A DNA stretch of 29,744 nucleotides from Promethearchaeota archaeon (GCA_019058245.1 JAHPZJ010000011.1:1-29744), one strand, 5' to 3'. Shown: positions 8,674 to 18,795, numbered from the stretch's first letter. Numbers and translations are program-made. Notes: generated by a model from the sequence alone, not told the origin.

Positions 8674-9522
8674 ATGAAGATATTATATGTAACTGATATA
8701 CATGGAATTGAATGGAAATATAATAAGATTTTCGAGATAGCCACTTCATTAAAACCAGACATAGTAATAAATAGTGGCGATATGCTCCCCTTTAAAGGAA
8801 ATTTATTGCATCAGGATAATTTTATAACTGGTTTTTTAGATGAATATTTTTCAAGATTTGAATCAATGGAGATATATTATTTCAGTATGTTAGGAAATGA
8901 TGATTTAATTATATTTGATGAGATATTTCAAAATACTTGTGATAAATATTCTTTTGTAGTAAATATAGCTCAAAAGAGGTTCCAGATTGATGGGAGTAAA
9001 TATGAGTTTATAGGGATGAATTGGGTTTCAGATTTGCCTTTTGGATTAAAAGACAGAGCACGTAAAGATACACTGGATTTTGAACATCCAAAACAGATAG
9101 GAAAACAATATCTTTCCAATCCAAATGGTTTCAAAAGAGTGGAAGATTGGATTTCATATGCAGGAATCCTTCCTACAATCGAAGATGAACTCAGAAATTT
9201 GAAAAAGCCTTCTAATATGAATAATACTGTCTATATCTTCCATAATCCCCCTGCTAATGTGGATCTTGATGTAACTTATGATGGTAAAAAAGTCGGTTCA
9301 AAAGCAGAATTTATATTTTTAAAAGAAAATCAACCAAAACTCTCACTTCATGGGCATATCCATGAATCTCCTGATGTTTCAGGAAAATGGTATTCTCAAA
9401 TAGGTAATACGATATGTGTGCAACCAGGACAATCTGGACAAGACGAGGATTCTTTAGTCTATGTTTTAATCGACTTAGAAACTATTAATTTAGAACGGAA
9501 AATAATTAAAAAAGAAAATTGA
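8674..9522 (+). CDS. Calcineurin-like metallophosphoesterase (Icc-related)
   Basis: TDIHG, SGDM, GNDD, FHNPP and HGHIHE motifs. Confidence 0.9.
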   Translation: MKILYVTDIHGIEWKYNKIFEIATSLKPDIVINSGDMLPFKGNLLHQDNFITGFLDEYFSRFESMEIYYFSMLGNDDLIIFDEIFQNTCDKYSFVVNIAQKRFQIDGSKYEFIGMNWVSDLPFGLKDRARKDTLDFEHPKQIGKQYLSNPNGFKRVEDWISYAGILPTIEDELRNLKKPSNMNNTVYIFHNPPANVDLDVTYDGKKVGSKAEFIFLKENQPKLSLHGHIHESPDVSGKWYSQIGNTICVQPGQSGQDEDSLVYVLIDLETINLERKIIKKEN

Positions 9523-9656
9523 TTATCAGTTCAAATGAAATTAAGTATTAGAACATCCTAATATCTTTAATATAATTTTTATAAGTTATCAAAGGATTGA
9601 TTGCAATTTCTTTTAAATGAAATAAATATGAAAAAATAAATTTATTTTGTATGAGT

Positions 9657-10814
9657 TTACTTTCGGTAAGTCCCATAAGTTTTGCAGGTGTCTATCATGG
9701 TTTTAACATTCTCCAGTTTGGCGTCATCAGGGATTTCAGAACCTACGAATAATCCACCACCCTCAGCACATTTATCAATTATTTCTTTAGTCTGTTTCTC
9801 AACCATAGTTGGAGTTCCTATTGTGAATAAGGAAGGTTTTAAATTTCCTTGGATACACATATGATCACCGAGTATTTCTTTTGCCTTGAATATATCAGTT
9901 CGTTCATCCATATGCATATAAATCTTTCCTTTAGGTAGTTCTCTCAAATAATGTAATCGATCTGTCCAACTAGTATCCATATGAAGCTGTACAATGAAGC
10001 CATCGTTTACATACTTTGAAACCATTTTTTTAAAATATGGCCAAAATAGTTCTTCGAAATGTTTGATTGAAATGAAATCTGCACTTGCTCTCACAGCTCC
10101 AACTAAAATTGTTTTTCCTTGACTCATGGAAACACCATACTCTCCCATTAAAATTAAATTATCTATCAGAAATTCACTTACTTCTTTAATTTTGTCAGGG
10201 TATCGGTATACATCTTTCATAAAGTTAGTTGATCCTCGAAAAACTGAAAGTAAATCAAATGGGGGAGTTGCAGCTCCATCACTAAAAGTTGGAACTTTAA
10301 AATGTGTCCACCATCTTATGGTATTTTCAGCTACTTTTGCTCCAATTTTACTTAATCTTTGCATATCTTTCATTCCTGCCCTTCTGAAATTTGCAAGCCA
10401 TAATAATCCATCTTCAATTATTTTATCATAGTCTTTTTCAGTGATAAAAGGATCGCTAAGACTTTGTTCGACAAGTTGAGGTGATGCATTTACATCTAAC
10501 ATACGACCAGGTAATCTCCAATCAAGATAGTAAACAGAAAAGAAGTCTGGAAAGGGATTTATATATTGCATATACATTCCTCCTCCAGCAATTGCAATAT
10601 CATAACCTCCTAATTTATGATAAATCCATTCAGTTGCTTGTTGAGATTTTTCAGGATCTTCAATCATTTCTTGTGCTGTTATATTATAGTATTTTGTAGG
10701 GAGGAAGTCTATTAAAGGCCAAACAGGGACTCTATCAGGCTCCTTTAATTCCATCGCAGTTAATACTCTCTCAACCGAGGTCATAGATTCTTCCTTAATA
10801 GGTTCAAACTCCAT
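9657..10814 (-). CDS. Uroporphyrinogen decarboxylase / MtaA-like corrinoid methyltransferase family protein
   Basis: TSVERVLTAMELKEPDRVPV, PFDLLSVFRG, DIFKAKEILGDHMCIQGNL and IPDDAKLENV. ATG 10814 follows a GAGGTGA RBS, and the gene sits next to a corrinoid protein gene. Confidence 0.85.
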   Translation of the reverse strand: MEFEPIKEESMTSVERVLTAMELKEPDRVPVWPLIDFLPTKYYNITAQEMIEDPEKSQQATEWIYHKLGGYDIAIAGGGMYMQYINPFPDFFSVYYLDWRLPGRMLDVNASPQLVEQSLSDPFITEKDYDKIIEDGLLWLANFRRAGMKDMQRLSKIGAKVAENTIRWWTHFKVPTFSDGAATPPFDLLSVFRGSTNFMKDVYRYPDKIKEVSEFLIDNLILMGEYGVSMSQGKTILVGAVRASADFISIKHFEELFWPYFKKMVSKYVNDGFIVQLHMDTSWTDRLHYLRELPKGKIYMHMDERTDIFKAKEILGDHMCIQGNLKPSLFTIGTPTMVEKQTKEIIDKCAEGGGLFVGSEIPDDAKLENVKTMIDTCKTYGTYRK

Positions 10815-10816
10815 TC

Positions 10817-11458
10817 TTATCTCACCTCTAACCATGATTTTACAATCTTTAGACCTTCAAAGGCATTATCAGTAAAAGCATCAGCACCAGCTTCTTTCAT
10901 CCACATCTCATCAGCAGGTAAACCACCAATAATTATTTTCAATGTATCTCTTAATCCAGCAGCAATTAATGCTTCGGTGGTTTGTTTCATCGCTTCAAGT
11001 GCAATGGTTAACAATCCAGAGTAACCAACAACATTAGCATTTGTCTCTTTTACTTTACTGACAAATACTTCAGGGGAAATATCAACTCCTAAATCATATA
11101 CTTCAAATCCAGCTGATTTTAAAAGAGTTACAAAAATATTTTTACCAATATCATGAACATCACCTTTAACTGTACCTACAACTATAACTCCTTTAGTTTT
11201 TTCTTTAACAATATCAACTTTTAGTGCGGGTTCAATTATTTTTGCAGACTGTTGAAAAATTTCTCCAGCCATAACTAATTCTGAAAGGAAATATTCTTTT
11301 TCATTAAATTTTTCACCAACGATTTCTACAGCTTTACGTAGTATATCAATAATTTCTTGTGCATCATTTTTTTCTTCTAATAATTGTTTAACTAACTTGT
11401 AAACTTTTTCTTCTTCTAATTCTACAATACTTTCCATCAATTCTTCCTTTTTACTCAT
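10817..11458 (-). CDS. Cobalamin-binding corrinoid protein (MtaC/MtbC/MttC-like)
   Basis: B12 cap domain (EYFLSELVMAGE), DxHxxG motif GDVHDIGKN, SGLLT and IIGG. Confidence 0.92.
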   Translation of the reverse strand: MSKKEELMESIVELEEEKVYKLVKQLLEEKNDAQEIIDILRKAVEIVGEKFNEKEYFLSELVMAGEIFQQSAKIIEPALKVDIVKEKTKGVIVVGTVKGDVHDIGKNIFVTLLKSAGFEVYDLGVDISPEVFVSKVKETNANVVGYSGLLTIALEAMKQTTEALIAAGLRDTLKIIIGGLPADEMWMKEAGADAFTDNAFEGLKIVKSWLEVR

Positions 11459-11613
11459 TATTTCTTCTTACCTCCAATTTTCTTTTTCATAAAAGCAAAT
11501 ATGAGACGATGCATCGAAAATTTTTTGCCATTTTTTCCCCAAAGAACACGCCCAATAGCTTTATAAATTTCATCTTTATCAGCATATTTAGGTTTCTTAG
11601 AAAATTCTTCCAA
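11458..11613 (-). CDS. Small basic hypothetical protein (51 aa), first gene of the corrinoid operon
   Basis: Not in the ORF track. TTG start after AAGGTG gives MEEFSKKPKYADKDEIYKAIGRVLWGKNGKKFSMHRLIFAFMKKKIGGKKK. Its stop overlaps the next start as TAATG. Confidence 0.6.
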   Translation of the reverse strand: MEEFSKKPKYADKDEIYKAIGRVLWGKNGKKFSMHRLIFAFMKKKIGGKKK

Positions 11614-11769
11614 TATCCACACCTTCAATAATATTTTCTAATATTATTTTAATCATTAATTTTTATAAAAAACTATAATATGAATATTGAATCTTATAAT
11701 ATTTAAAGATTCAATAATCTGAGAATTTGAACTTATTTAATTATAAATATTGTAATTTAAAAAAGGAAA

Positions 11770-14700
11770 TTAAATACTTAATTCTGCACCACAAAATCTA
11801 CAATGGTTAGAGCTTTTACTATTTATTTTCTTGCATGTTGGACATATTTTTCCTGATTCATATCTTTTACCCAAAAGAAGAGATTCACCACAATGTTCGC
11901 AATAATTCCCCCCCAGTGGAGTAGGTGCTTTACAGTGAGGGCAGTTTATTAGGTGATCTAAGACGACATCTGTATCTAGTTTATATTTCTTTCGATATAA
12001 GGCCATAAAGAACCCAATGACCGATAGAATTCCAATTAGGAAGGGTAATAACAAGAGTATTCCTTGTCCCGCATACACGCTTAAATCACTGGCAAATATA
12101 ATAGTAAAGGTAATTATTGTCAAAAAGAGCAAACCTTTTCTTCCCACTTTCCCAGTGAGGTTAGATATTGAGCTTTCCTTTCGCTCCAATAGTGTTAAAG
12201 GATTTTCGTTGAAATTTTCACCCGTAATTAGATCCTTTTTTACTCGTTTTGCAGATTTGTAGGTAGAGAAGGTAAGTACGATTATAGAAGTGAAAAAGGC
12301 TGCTAAGACTGTAAATAATGCACGAGGTACGCTAAATACCCCAATATTATAAGATTGTTCGTTGAGTCGAACTCTCCACCATGCAAAAGTATTTCCTACA
12401 AAAAATATTGATAAAATCCCCATAAGTATCAATATAGCTGAGATCACCAGCCAAATTTTTACATCAAACACAGAAGCATCTTCTTTATTAAGAATTAATT
12501 TTTCAACAAGATAGTTTGAAGAAAATCCCCATAAAATTATAGAACATAAAAATTCAGTTACAAATAAAAGCATACTGAGAGTAGCGAGATTCAAGAGGAG
12601 GAGGGAAACCAATCCCATGGTAAAAAGAGCTCCAATTAACAATAAATTCAATTCTAAAATTAAAGAATACTTTTTTAAAGCGATAGTTTCAACCCCTTTC
12701 TGTTCCCTAATTGTAACAGTGGTTAATTTGTCATCGTCAACATTTTTATCATTTAAGGATTCTTCAGTCATCACATTAGAAAGACTTTCCCGCAATTTCT
12801 TTTGGTATTTTTTTCTTTTAAATAATGTTGAATATACTATCCCCGAAACAATCCCTACGATTAAGGAAACCAACACCAAGATTGTTTGCTCAATGATACT
12901 CATCTCCCATGATGGTAACGCAGGAATCAATGAGATGGTACGAGCTTGTCCTAGTGAAATGTTATTTCCATAAATATCTACTGCAAATACTTCATATGTA
13001 AGTTGGGTTACATCTGAAGAAAAGGAGGTAAATATGAATTTATATAAGTTACCAGAACCAGTTAAATTATCTAAGATTACTCCATTTCCATCATCGAATT
13101 CATATTCTATGTAGATATAACTGATGTATTGATTATATTGGGATACTAAAATACTGACTTCAAAAGAAGATTCTATATCTAAATCCAGAACTAATGGAGG
13201 CTCTTGTTCTTCTTCAAGAATTATAGTTGGACGTGAGAGAGATAGTTCTTCTATAGTAAAATTCTCTCCTTCATCACTTTGGAACATCAATCGATAATTA
13301 GCATTTATGTGCACAAGATCATGTGTAATAGGTATACTAAAAGAAGTATTTAGAGCATCCATCGCATTGATTGGAATATCAGGCTGCAAAATACCATCAA
13401 AAGTTCGACTTAACCAAACTAATTTGATGTGAGATGTACCAGATGTGAAGATATAAGTCCATGTCCAATCATCGTATAATGTTGGAGATATAGCTCCAGA
13501 TTCTTTTATATACTCAAAAATCCCTTTATCGTAACTGTATAATAGACCATTGTTATCCACTTCAAATAAATTCCCACACAAATCGTAAATTTCAGCTTTC
13601 CAATAGACAATTGTAATATTATCTGTTTGCGCTGGAATAATTGCAGTATAATTAATATAAGGGAGTGTAGAGTTATCTAATGTCATATTAATAATTTGCC
13701 AATCATCTACTGGAGTTCGATAATGAAGGTATCCTTTACCAGGGTTTATCTCATAAATCGGAATTATTATTGTCACATTTTTAATAGGAAGGGGTTCATA
13801 AGAAGTAATTGCATTTTCATTTATTTGAAAGGCAGGAAGAGTATTGTCAATAAGAAGATCCCCTGATATCATTGATTCATATCCAGCACGATCTATAATA
13901 ATTAAATCCCATGTATAAAGATCGTCTTCAAGAATCTCTCCTGTTCCTGAAATTCCAGAAAATTTAACATTTCCCTGATAATTGTTATCAAGTGGTTTTG
14001 AAATGCTAAACACTAAATTAGAACTACTGGAAGTTACTAATTGAAAGGTTTGTATTATTGCCCCTTTCATAACTCCCGTAACGAAACAGGGAAAGCCTTT
14101 CTCTGGAAAAAACAATTTCCATCTCATCCATGCCACAAATGGATATAGAAAATCTCCTGAAATTTCAGTAAAATTTTGCCAATCTCCAAAAGTTGTACCT
14201 CCAGTAGATACTTTATAGGCAAGGATAGAAGTGAAGTTTTCTAAGTATGGAGGATTTTTTGCTATTGTTGTGAGTACCCATTGATATGTATTATTGTCAA
14301 GTTTGCGAGCTTGAAGATCTGTCGTTTGAGTGTAACCATCTACGTATGGTGGTACTCCATCTACTAATTGATTTCCACTCATAGTTGCTTTACTCCCATT
14401 ATTATTTGTAATAATAGTATGTATTTCTGGATCTTCTATATGAGCGATCAGAAAAGAATAATTACCTGTAATTGGATCATGGGCTGCGGCTTCAAGGGAA
14501 TAGTTAACAGAGTGATCAGGAGTAGTTATATTAATAAAAGATTTAAATGTAAAACCCAAATCATTAGAAACATTAATTTCAAAATTATTGATATCTGTAG
14601 CACCTCCAAGCCAGCATTTCAAATCGCGTGTAATTCCTTGGACGGGCCTAGGTAATTCTGATTGAATAAAACTCTCTCCTCCGTCTGAAGAAGTAAATAC

Positions 14701-16575
14701 GCTTCCATCAGAAGTACCATCTGTATGGGTCCATAAATAGATATTATTACTTTTGACAGTCGCACGTAATAAACCCCAATCGGCCTTAATATCACTTTTT
14801 ATAATCCGAGGTTCGCCCCAAGATAGGCCCCCATCAGTTGATTTTGCAATCATAAGATTAGAAATAGTATCCACTTTTTCTGAATAAAATAGATAATTTG
14901 TAATACCATCCCCACATATCGTTGGAAACGAAACGGGATAAATTCCACTCGTAATTTCATAGGTGCTATTTAAGGGATCCTCTGATTTTACATTAAATCT
15001 TAAATCTCCGGGTTTATCAGATTCAACATCAATTGAAAATTGATCTTGATTTCCTGGCGACGCAAAAGGAGAGATTTGGTTATTTGAAACATTATAGGTG
15101 AATTCAGCAGGAATATCATCTACATAAACAATAAGGTCATTTATTAAACCAGTGCCCAGATTATCTATTACTAAATTAAAAGAATATGCTTGTGCGCCAT
15201 GTGTGCTTCCTTGAGTATCTTTTCCATCAAAAACATAACTAAACGTTTCATATGCCTCTATTGATTGATTAAAAAATAGGAGATTGAATGGATTTTCCAC
15301 ATCCAAAATTCCAGGTCCTACCAATCCATTCTCAAATTGGGTTTTTCCTGAAAAACATTTTGTACCATTATCAGCATAAAGATTAAAAGCACCAGATCCC
15401 GAATGTGATTGAAAATAATCTATTTGTTTTTCGTACACATTTGGATCCCCCCACGTGGCATTTCTAATTCCCTGTTCCCTTTCGTCTTCAGTTTGATCTA
15501 CAAAATAAAAAAGCTCTGTGGAATAATCCATAGTGCATTTAACCAACGGTGTACTGATTGTTTTTTTAGTTTTCCCCAAACTTGAAAAAGTAATATTCCA
15601 AGAGCGTAAACGCGTTCCATTTAACCCATTTTCAAATTGTGATATATTAAATTGCATATCATTATCCAATATATCTGGATAATAATTATAGGCCATATAA
15701 AAAGAACCATTTCCATTAGTACGATTATAAAACACCTGAGGTGCTACACATGCCTCACCTTCTAAAGCGGTAAAATTATTTGGTGTAGTCCATCCGCCAT
15801 TCGGATCATATATACAGGTCCAAATCGTAGCTTTATTATAAGCATCTCCAGTAACATTTGAAATGCTCCAAGCAGCTGTAAAGTTCCCATCAAATGCAGA
15901 CATTGACAACCCGTAAAATTCCAAAGTATCCCATCCCGTGCAATTCATCAACGTGCCATTCGTCCATGTTTTTCCCCAATCATCACTTGAAAAATACTTC
16001 AATCCATTGAAATTTTCATACACTCCTGATGCTTCTCGATACACCACTTTAATTTCCCCGCTCTCATCTGCTGCTACAGCTATCTCCTCATCATCAGTTG
16101 AATTGACTACTCCAATTTTCTGCCACTGGAAATTGGTCGCATTTGTTCCAATTCCCAACCATAAATCTTTTTTTATCGCTCCTAAAACATTGTCTTTAAC
16201 AACGATTATCCATGTTCCATTCTTCATTAAATAAGAATTTGAATGCAGCGCTTCTCCTATTGATAATACTCCAGGATAATTGTTTATTGGATCATAATAA
16301 CATGAGACCTTCAAGGTAAAATTCTTAGCCTCGTCAATCGCGAATGAATATAAGGTCGTATCGCTAAAATCAGGCGTCTTTTCAGGACTGAAAAATTTAT
16401 TACTTACAGTTGGAAAAAGAAACCAAGATGTGGATTGACTAACCTTAGGAATAGAATGACTCTCAGCCTCTATTTCATCTCCTGTTTGTAGTAGGAGATT
16501 ACTAAATGGAGTGAAACACAACACAATAAACAGACATATAAAAAGAATCGCATATTTTTTTCTAATTATTACCAC
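11770..16575 (-). CDS. Large receptor-like membrane protein: BNR/Asp-box propellers and Ig-like ectodomain, ~7 TM helices, C-terminal double zinc ribbon
   Basis: Signal peptide; Asp-boxes SSDDWGKTW, STDGGLSW, SSDGGESF and SNDLGFTF; seven hydrophobic segments; CPHC/CEHC/CPTC/CRFC at the C-terminus. Confidence 0.8.
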   Translation of the reverse strand: MVIIRKKYAILFICLFIVLCFTPFSNLLLQTGDEIEAESHSIPKVSQSTSWFLFPTVSNKFFSPEKTPDFSDTTLYSFAIDEAKNFTLKVSCYYDPINNYPGVLSIGEALHSNSYLMKNGTWIIVVKDNVLGAIKKDLWLGIGTNATNFQWQKIGVVNSTDDEEIAVAADESGEIKVVYREASGVYENFNGLKYFSSDDWGKTWTNGTLMNCTGWDTLEFYGLSMSAFDGNFTAAWSISNVTGDAYNKATIWTCIYDPNGGWTTPNNFTALEGEACVAPQVFYNRTNGNGSFYMAYNYYPDILDNDMQFNISQFENGLNGTRLRSWNITFSSLGKTKKTISTPLVKCTMDYSTELFYFVDQTEDEREQGIRNATWGDPNVYEKQIDYFQSHSGSGAFNLYADNGTKCFSGKTQFENGLVGPGILDVENPFNLLFFNQSIEAYETFSYVFDGKDTQGSTHGAQAYSFNLVIDNLGTGLINDLIVYVDDIPAEFTYNVSNNQISPFASPGNQDQFSIDVESDKPGDLRFNVKSEDPLNSTYEITSGIYPVSFPTICGDGITNYLFYSEKVDTISNLMIAKSTDGGLSWGEPRIIKSDIKADWGLLRATVKSNNIYLWTHTDGTSDGSVFTSSDGGESFIQSELPRPVQGITRDLKCWLGGATDINNFEINVSNDLGFTFKSFINITTPDHSVNYSLEAAAHDPITGNYSFLIAHIEDPEIHTIITNNNGSKATMSGNQLVDGVPPYVDGYTQTTDLQARKLDNNTYQWVLTTIAKNPPYLENFTSILAYKVSTGGTTFGDWQNFTEISGDFLYPFVAWMRWKLFFPEKGFPCFVTGVMKGAIIQTFQLVTSSSSNLVFSISKPLDNNYQGNVKFSGISGTGEILEDDLYTWDLIIIDRAGYESMISGDLLIDNTLPAFQINENAITSYEPLPIKNVTIIIPIYEINPGKGYLHYRTPVDDWQIINMTLDNSTLPYINYTAIIPAQTDNITIVYWKAEIYDLCGNLFEVDNNGLLYSYDKGIFEYIKESGAISPTLYDDWTWTYIFTSGTSHIKLVWLSRTFDGILQPDIPINAMDALNTSFSIPITHDLVHINANYRLMFQSDEGENFTIEELSLSRPTIILEEEQEPPLVLDLDIESSFEVSILVSQYNQYISYIYIEYEFDDGNGVILDNLTGSGNLYKFIFTSFSSDVTQLTYEVFAVDIYGNNISLGQARTISLIPALPSWEMSIIEQTILVLVSLIVGIVSGIVYSTLFKRKKYQKKLRESLSNVMTEESLNDKNVDDDKLTTVTIREQKGVETIALKKYSLILELNLLLIGALFTMGLVSLLLLNLATLSMLLFVTEFLCSIILWGFSSNYLVEKLILNKEDASVFDVKIWLVISAILILMGILSIFFVGNTFAWWRVRLNEQSYNIGVFSVPRALFTVLAAFFTSIIVLTFSTYKSAKRVKKDLITGENFNENPLTLLERKESSISNLTGKVGRKGLLFLTIITFTIIFASDLSVYAGQGILLLLPFLIGILSVIGFFMALYRKKYKLDTDVVLDHLINCPHCKAPTPLGGNYCEHCGESLLLGKRYESGKICPTCKKINSKSSNHCRFCGAELSI

Positions 16576-16802
16576 CGCTTCTTAAAAAATCTATATTGAA
16601 TTTATTAATATGAATAGAAGATATTTATATATTATATTTTTTTTTAAAATCTACAATTCATTTTAACTCTAAGACATTTTAGTAGGACTTTATTTGAATT
16701 TAAAATTAGGAATTGAATATAATATATAAGAGTCGAAAAGTTTAATCTGAAAGGACATATAATATACCTATATTTTTAAGGATTTAATAAATAGAATTTA
16801 AA

Positions 16803-17300
16803 ATGGAGCGAATTACAGTCTTTATTGATAATAGCAATATTTTCAAAGGGTTTCAGAAATATGATGTTAAAGTCGATTATGAGAAATTGAAAAATCTTAT
16901 AACTCATAATCGTAAATTAACAGCTATATACTTATATGAAGGCGTTGTATATCCTATAAGTCCGGAGAAGAAACGTTGGTATAAAGAATTAGCAGCTAAA
17001 AGTGGTTATATCATAAAGGTAAGTTTTGATAAAATCTCGAAAAGTGGGGCTATTGAAAAAAAAGTAGATATTAAGATCGCAATTGATATTATCTCACTTG
17101 CATATGAGGATGTATATGATACAGCAATTTTGATTTCTGGAGATGGAGATTTTTTACCAGTAATAAAAAAGGTAAAAAAATTGAATAAAAAGGTGGAATT
17201 ATGGGCGTTTAGATATTCATTGGCAAATACATTAAAGCAGGAATTAGAAATTGGGAATATTTATTATCTCGATGACATCTTAGATAAGATAAAAATATAG
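16803..17300 (+). CDS. NYN-domain (LabA/DUF88, PIN-like) putative ribonuclease
   Basis: VFIDNSN, EKKVDIKIAID and ISGDGDFLP acidic motifs intact. Confidence 0.9.
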   Translation: MERITVFIDNSNIFKGFQKYDVKVDYEKLKNLITHNRKLTAIYLYEGVVYPISPEKKRWYKELAAKSGYIIKVSFDKISKSGAIEKKVDIKIAIDIISLAYEDVYDTAILISGDGDFLPVIKKVKKLNKKVELWAFRYSLANTLKQELEIGNIYYLDDILDKIKI

Positions 17301-17342
17301 AAAATGATAAAAAAGATTTTTGTAATTAGATTAATCAACTAA

Positions 17343-18317
17343 TTATTTACTTTTTTGTTGGATTAATATATACTTTTTATTTAGTGCTTTTTGGTTTTCT
17401 GGATAATATTCTAAAATTTCATTATAAATTTGTAAAGCTCTATCATATTTGCGTTTTCTTACATATACTTTAGCAATGCCTAATAGGCTTTTCAAATTGA
17501 TTGGATTTATATCTCTTGCGTAAAAAAAGGATTCAAGAGCTTTTTTAAGTCTATTGCCATTCAAATAGTTATAACCAAATTTAATCCATATATTTTCATC
17601 TAAAATTAATTTAAATAATTCTTCTCTTTCCTCTTTATTAAAATAATCTAAATAGCCAATTTCTATTAAGCATTGTTGCGTAGAAGGATTAAAACTTTCA
17701 AATCGCACTCTAATCTCCTGTTTAAATACTTCTTTTGCAATAGGATCTCCAGCATCGGTTAAGGCATTTAATAATGGAAAAGCCAAATTACTATGTAGTA
17801 ATCGAGGATTATAATTATATTCGGCCCATACCTGCAAATTAGAGCAATGAGCCCAAAACTCGGTCTCAGGAGATATTTTAAACTTATTCTTAGCTTGAAA
17901 TTCTAGTTCAGGATTTAATCTTTCAGCTGCTTCATCAATTGACTCAATATCATCAAAATCTCTGACATTATCAACAGGAATTTTTAATAGTAAATATTTA
18001 CATTGAATGAACTGTTTTCCATTAATATAAATATTGGATGCTTTATCTTCAAGTTTTAATGTGAGATAATCATTGATTTTATATTCTTGTTTTGGACGGT
18101 TTTTTTTTTTCTGTATATAATTAATAAAAGTAACAAAACCGAATTGAGGAATAAAAAGAGCTAATAATATAGAGTAATAAATTAAAGAAGGGGGAATCTG
18201 AAGAATATATCTAAATAATTCTATCGAAAAAATAGGAAGTATTCCAACAAGAATAATATTCTTTATTTTGTTTCTTTTATCCTTTGTTAAAATTACTTTA
18301 CCCAACTTCATTCTCAC
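17343..18317 (-). CDS. Membrane-anchored Lokiarchaeia-type domain protein with C-terminal TPRs
   Basis: Two N-terminal TM helices; domain YKINDYLTLKLE...IESIDEAAE...EFWAHCSNLQVWAE...LLHSNLAFPLL; about two TPRs (ARDINP, ILEYYP). Confidence 0.8.
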   Translation of the reverse strand: MRMKLGKVILTKDKRNKIKNIILVGILPIFSIELFRYILQIPPSLIYYSILLALFIPQFGFVTFINYIQKKKNRPKQEYKINDYLTLKLEDKASNIYINGKQFIQCKYLLLKIPVDNVRDFDDIESIDEAAERLNPELEFQAKNKFKISPETEFWAHCSNLQVWAEYNYNPRLLHSNLAFPLLNALTDAGDPIAKEVFKQEIRVRFESFNPSTQQCLIEIGYLDYFNKEEREELFKLILDENIWIKFGYNYLNGNRLKKALESFFYARDINPINLKSLLGIAKVYVRKRKYDRALQIYNEILEYYPENQKALNKKYILIQQKSK

Positions 18318-18795
18318 CTTTACTATTTAAAAAATCTATTTTATAATTTATTCTCTTGACCAAAAATAGGGATTAAAACAAAGAAAACAAATTAAAGATA
18401 TTTTTGAACTTTTAATATTACATAAATTAGATCTAATTAAAGTTATTTATAGGAAAAAAATGACTTTATAATAATCGGATATGCTACTATTCTTATCTTG
18501 AAGCTTAATTTTATTATAATAGTGGAGAAAATTGACTTATTACTAATTTAAGGCCCACTGGTTCTAATTGCTTTAACTATATCTCAAATTCAAAGCAGAA
18601 GGGGTTGATCTGAAATGCTAAGCACTATATTTTTTTATCTTAATCTTGGAATTACCCTTTATATTCTAATTGCGGTGTATTTTTTTTGCATTAAGAATTA
18701 ATCTAACTATAAGTGTTGAATAAATATATTAGATTTATATACTAAGGTTTTCATAATTAATAATGGGACAAAACCAATTTTATATTTAGGTAAAT

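Noticed and set aside
16803-17300. NYN gene as the toxin of a TA or defence system
   Set aside because: No adjacent antitoxin or defence gene is visible.
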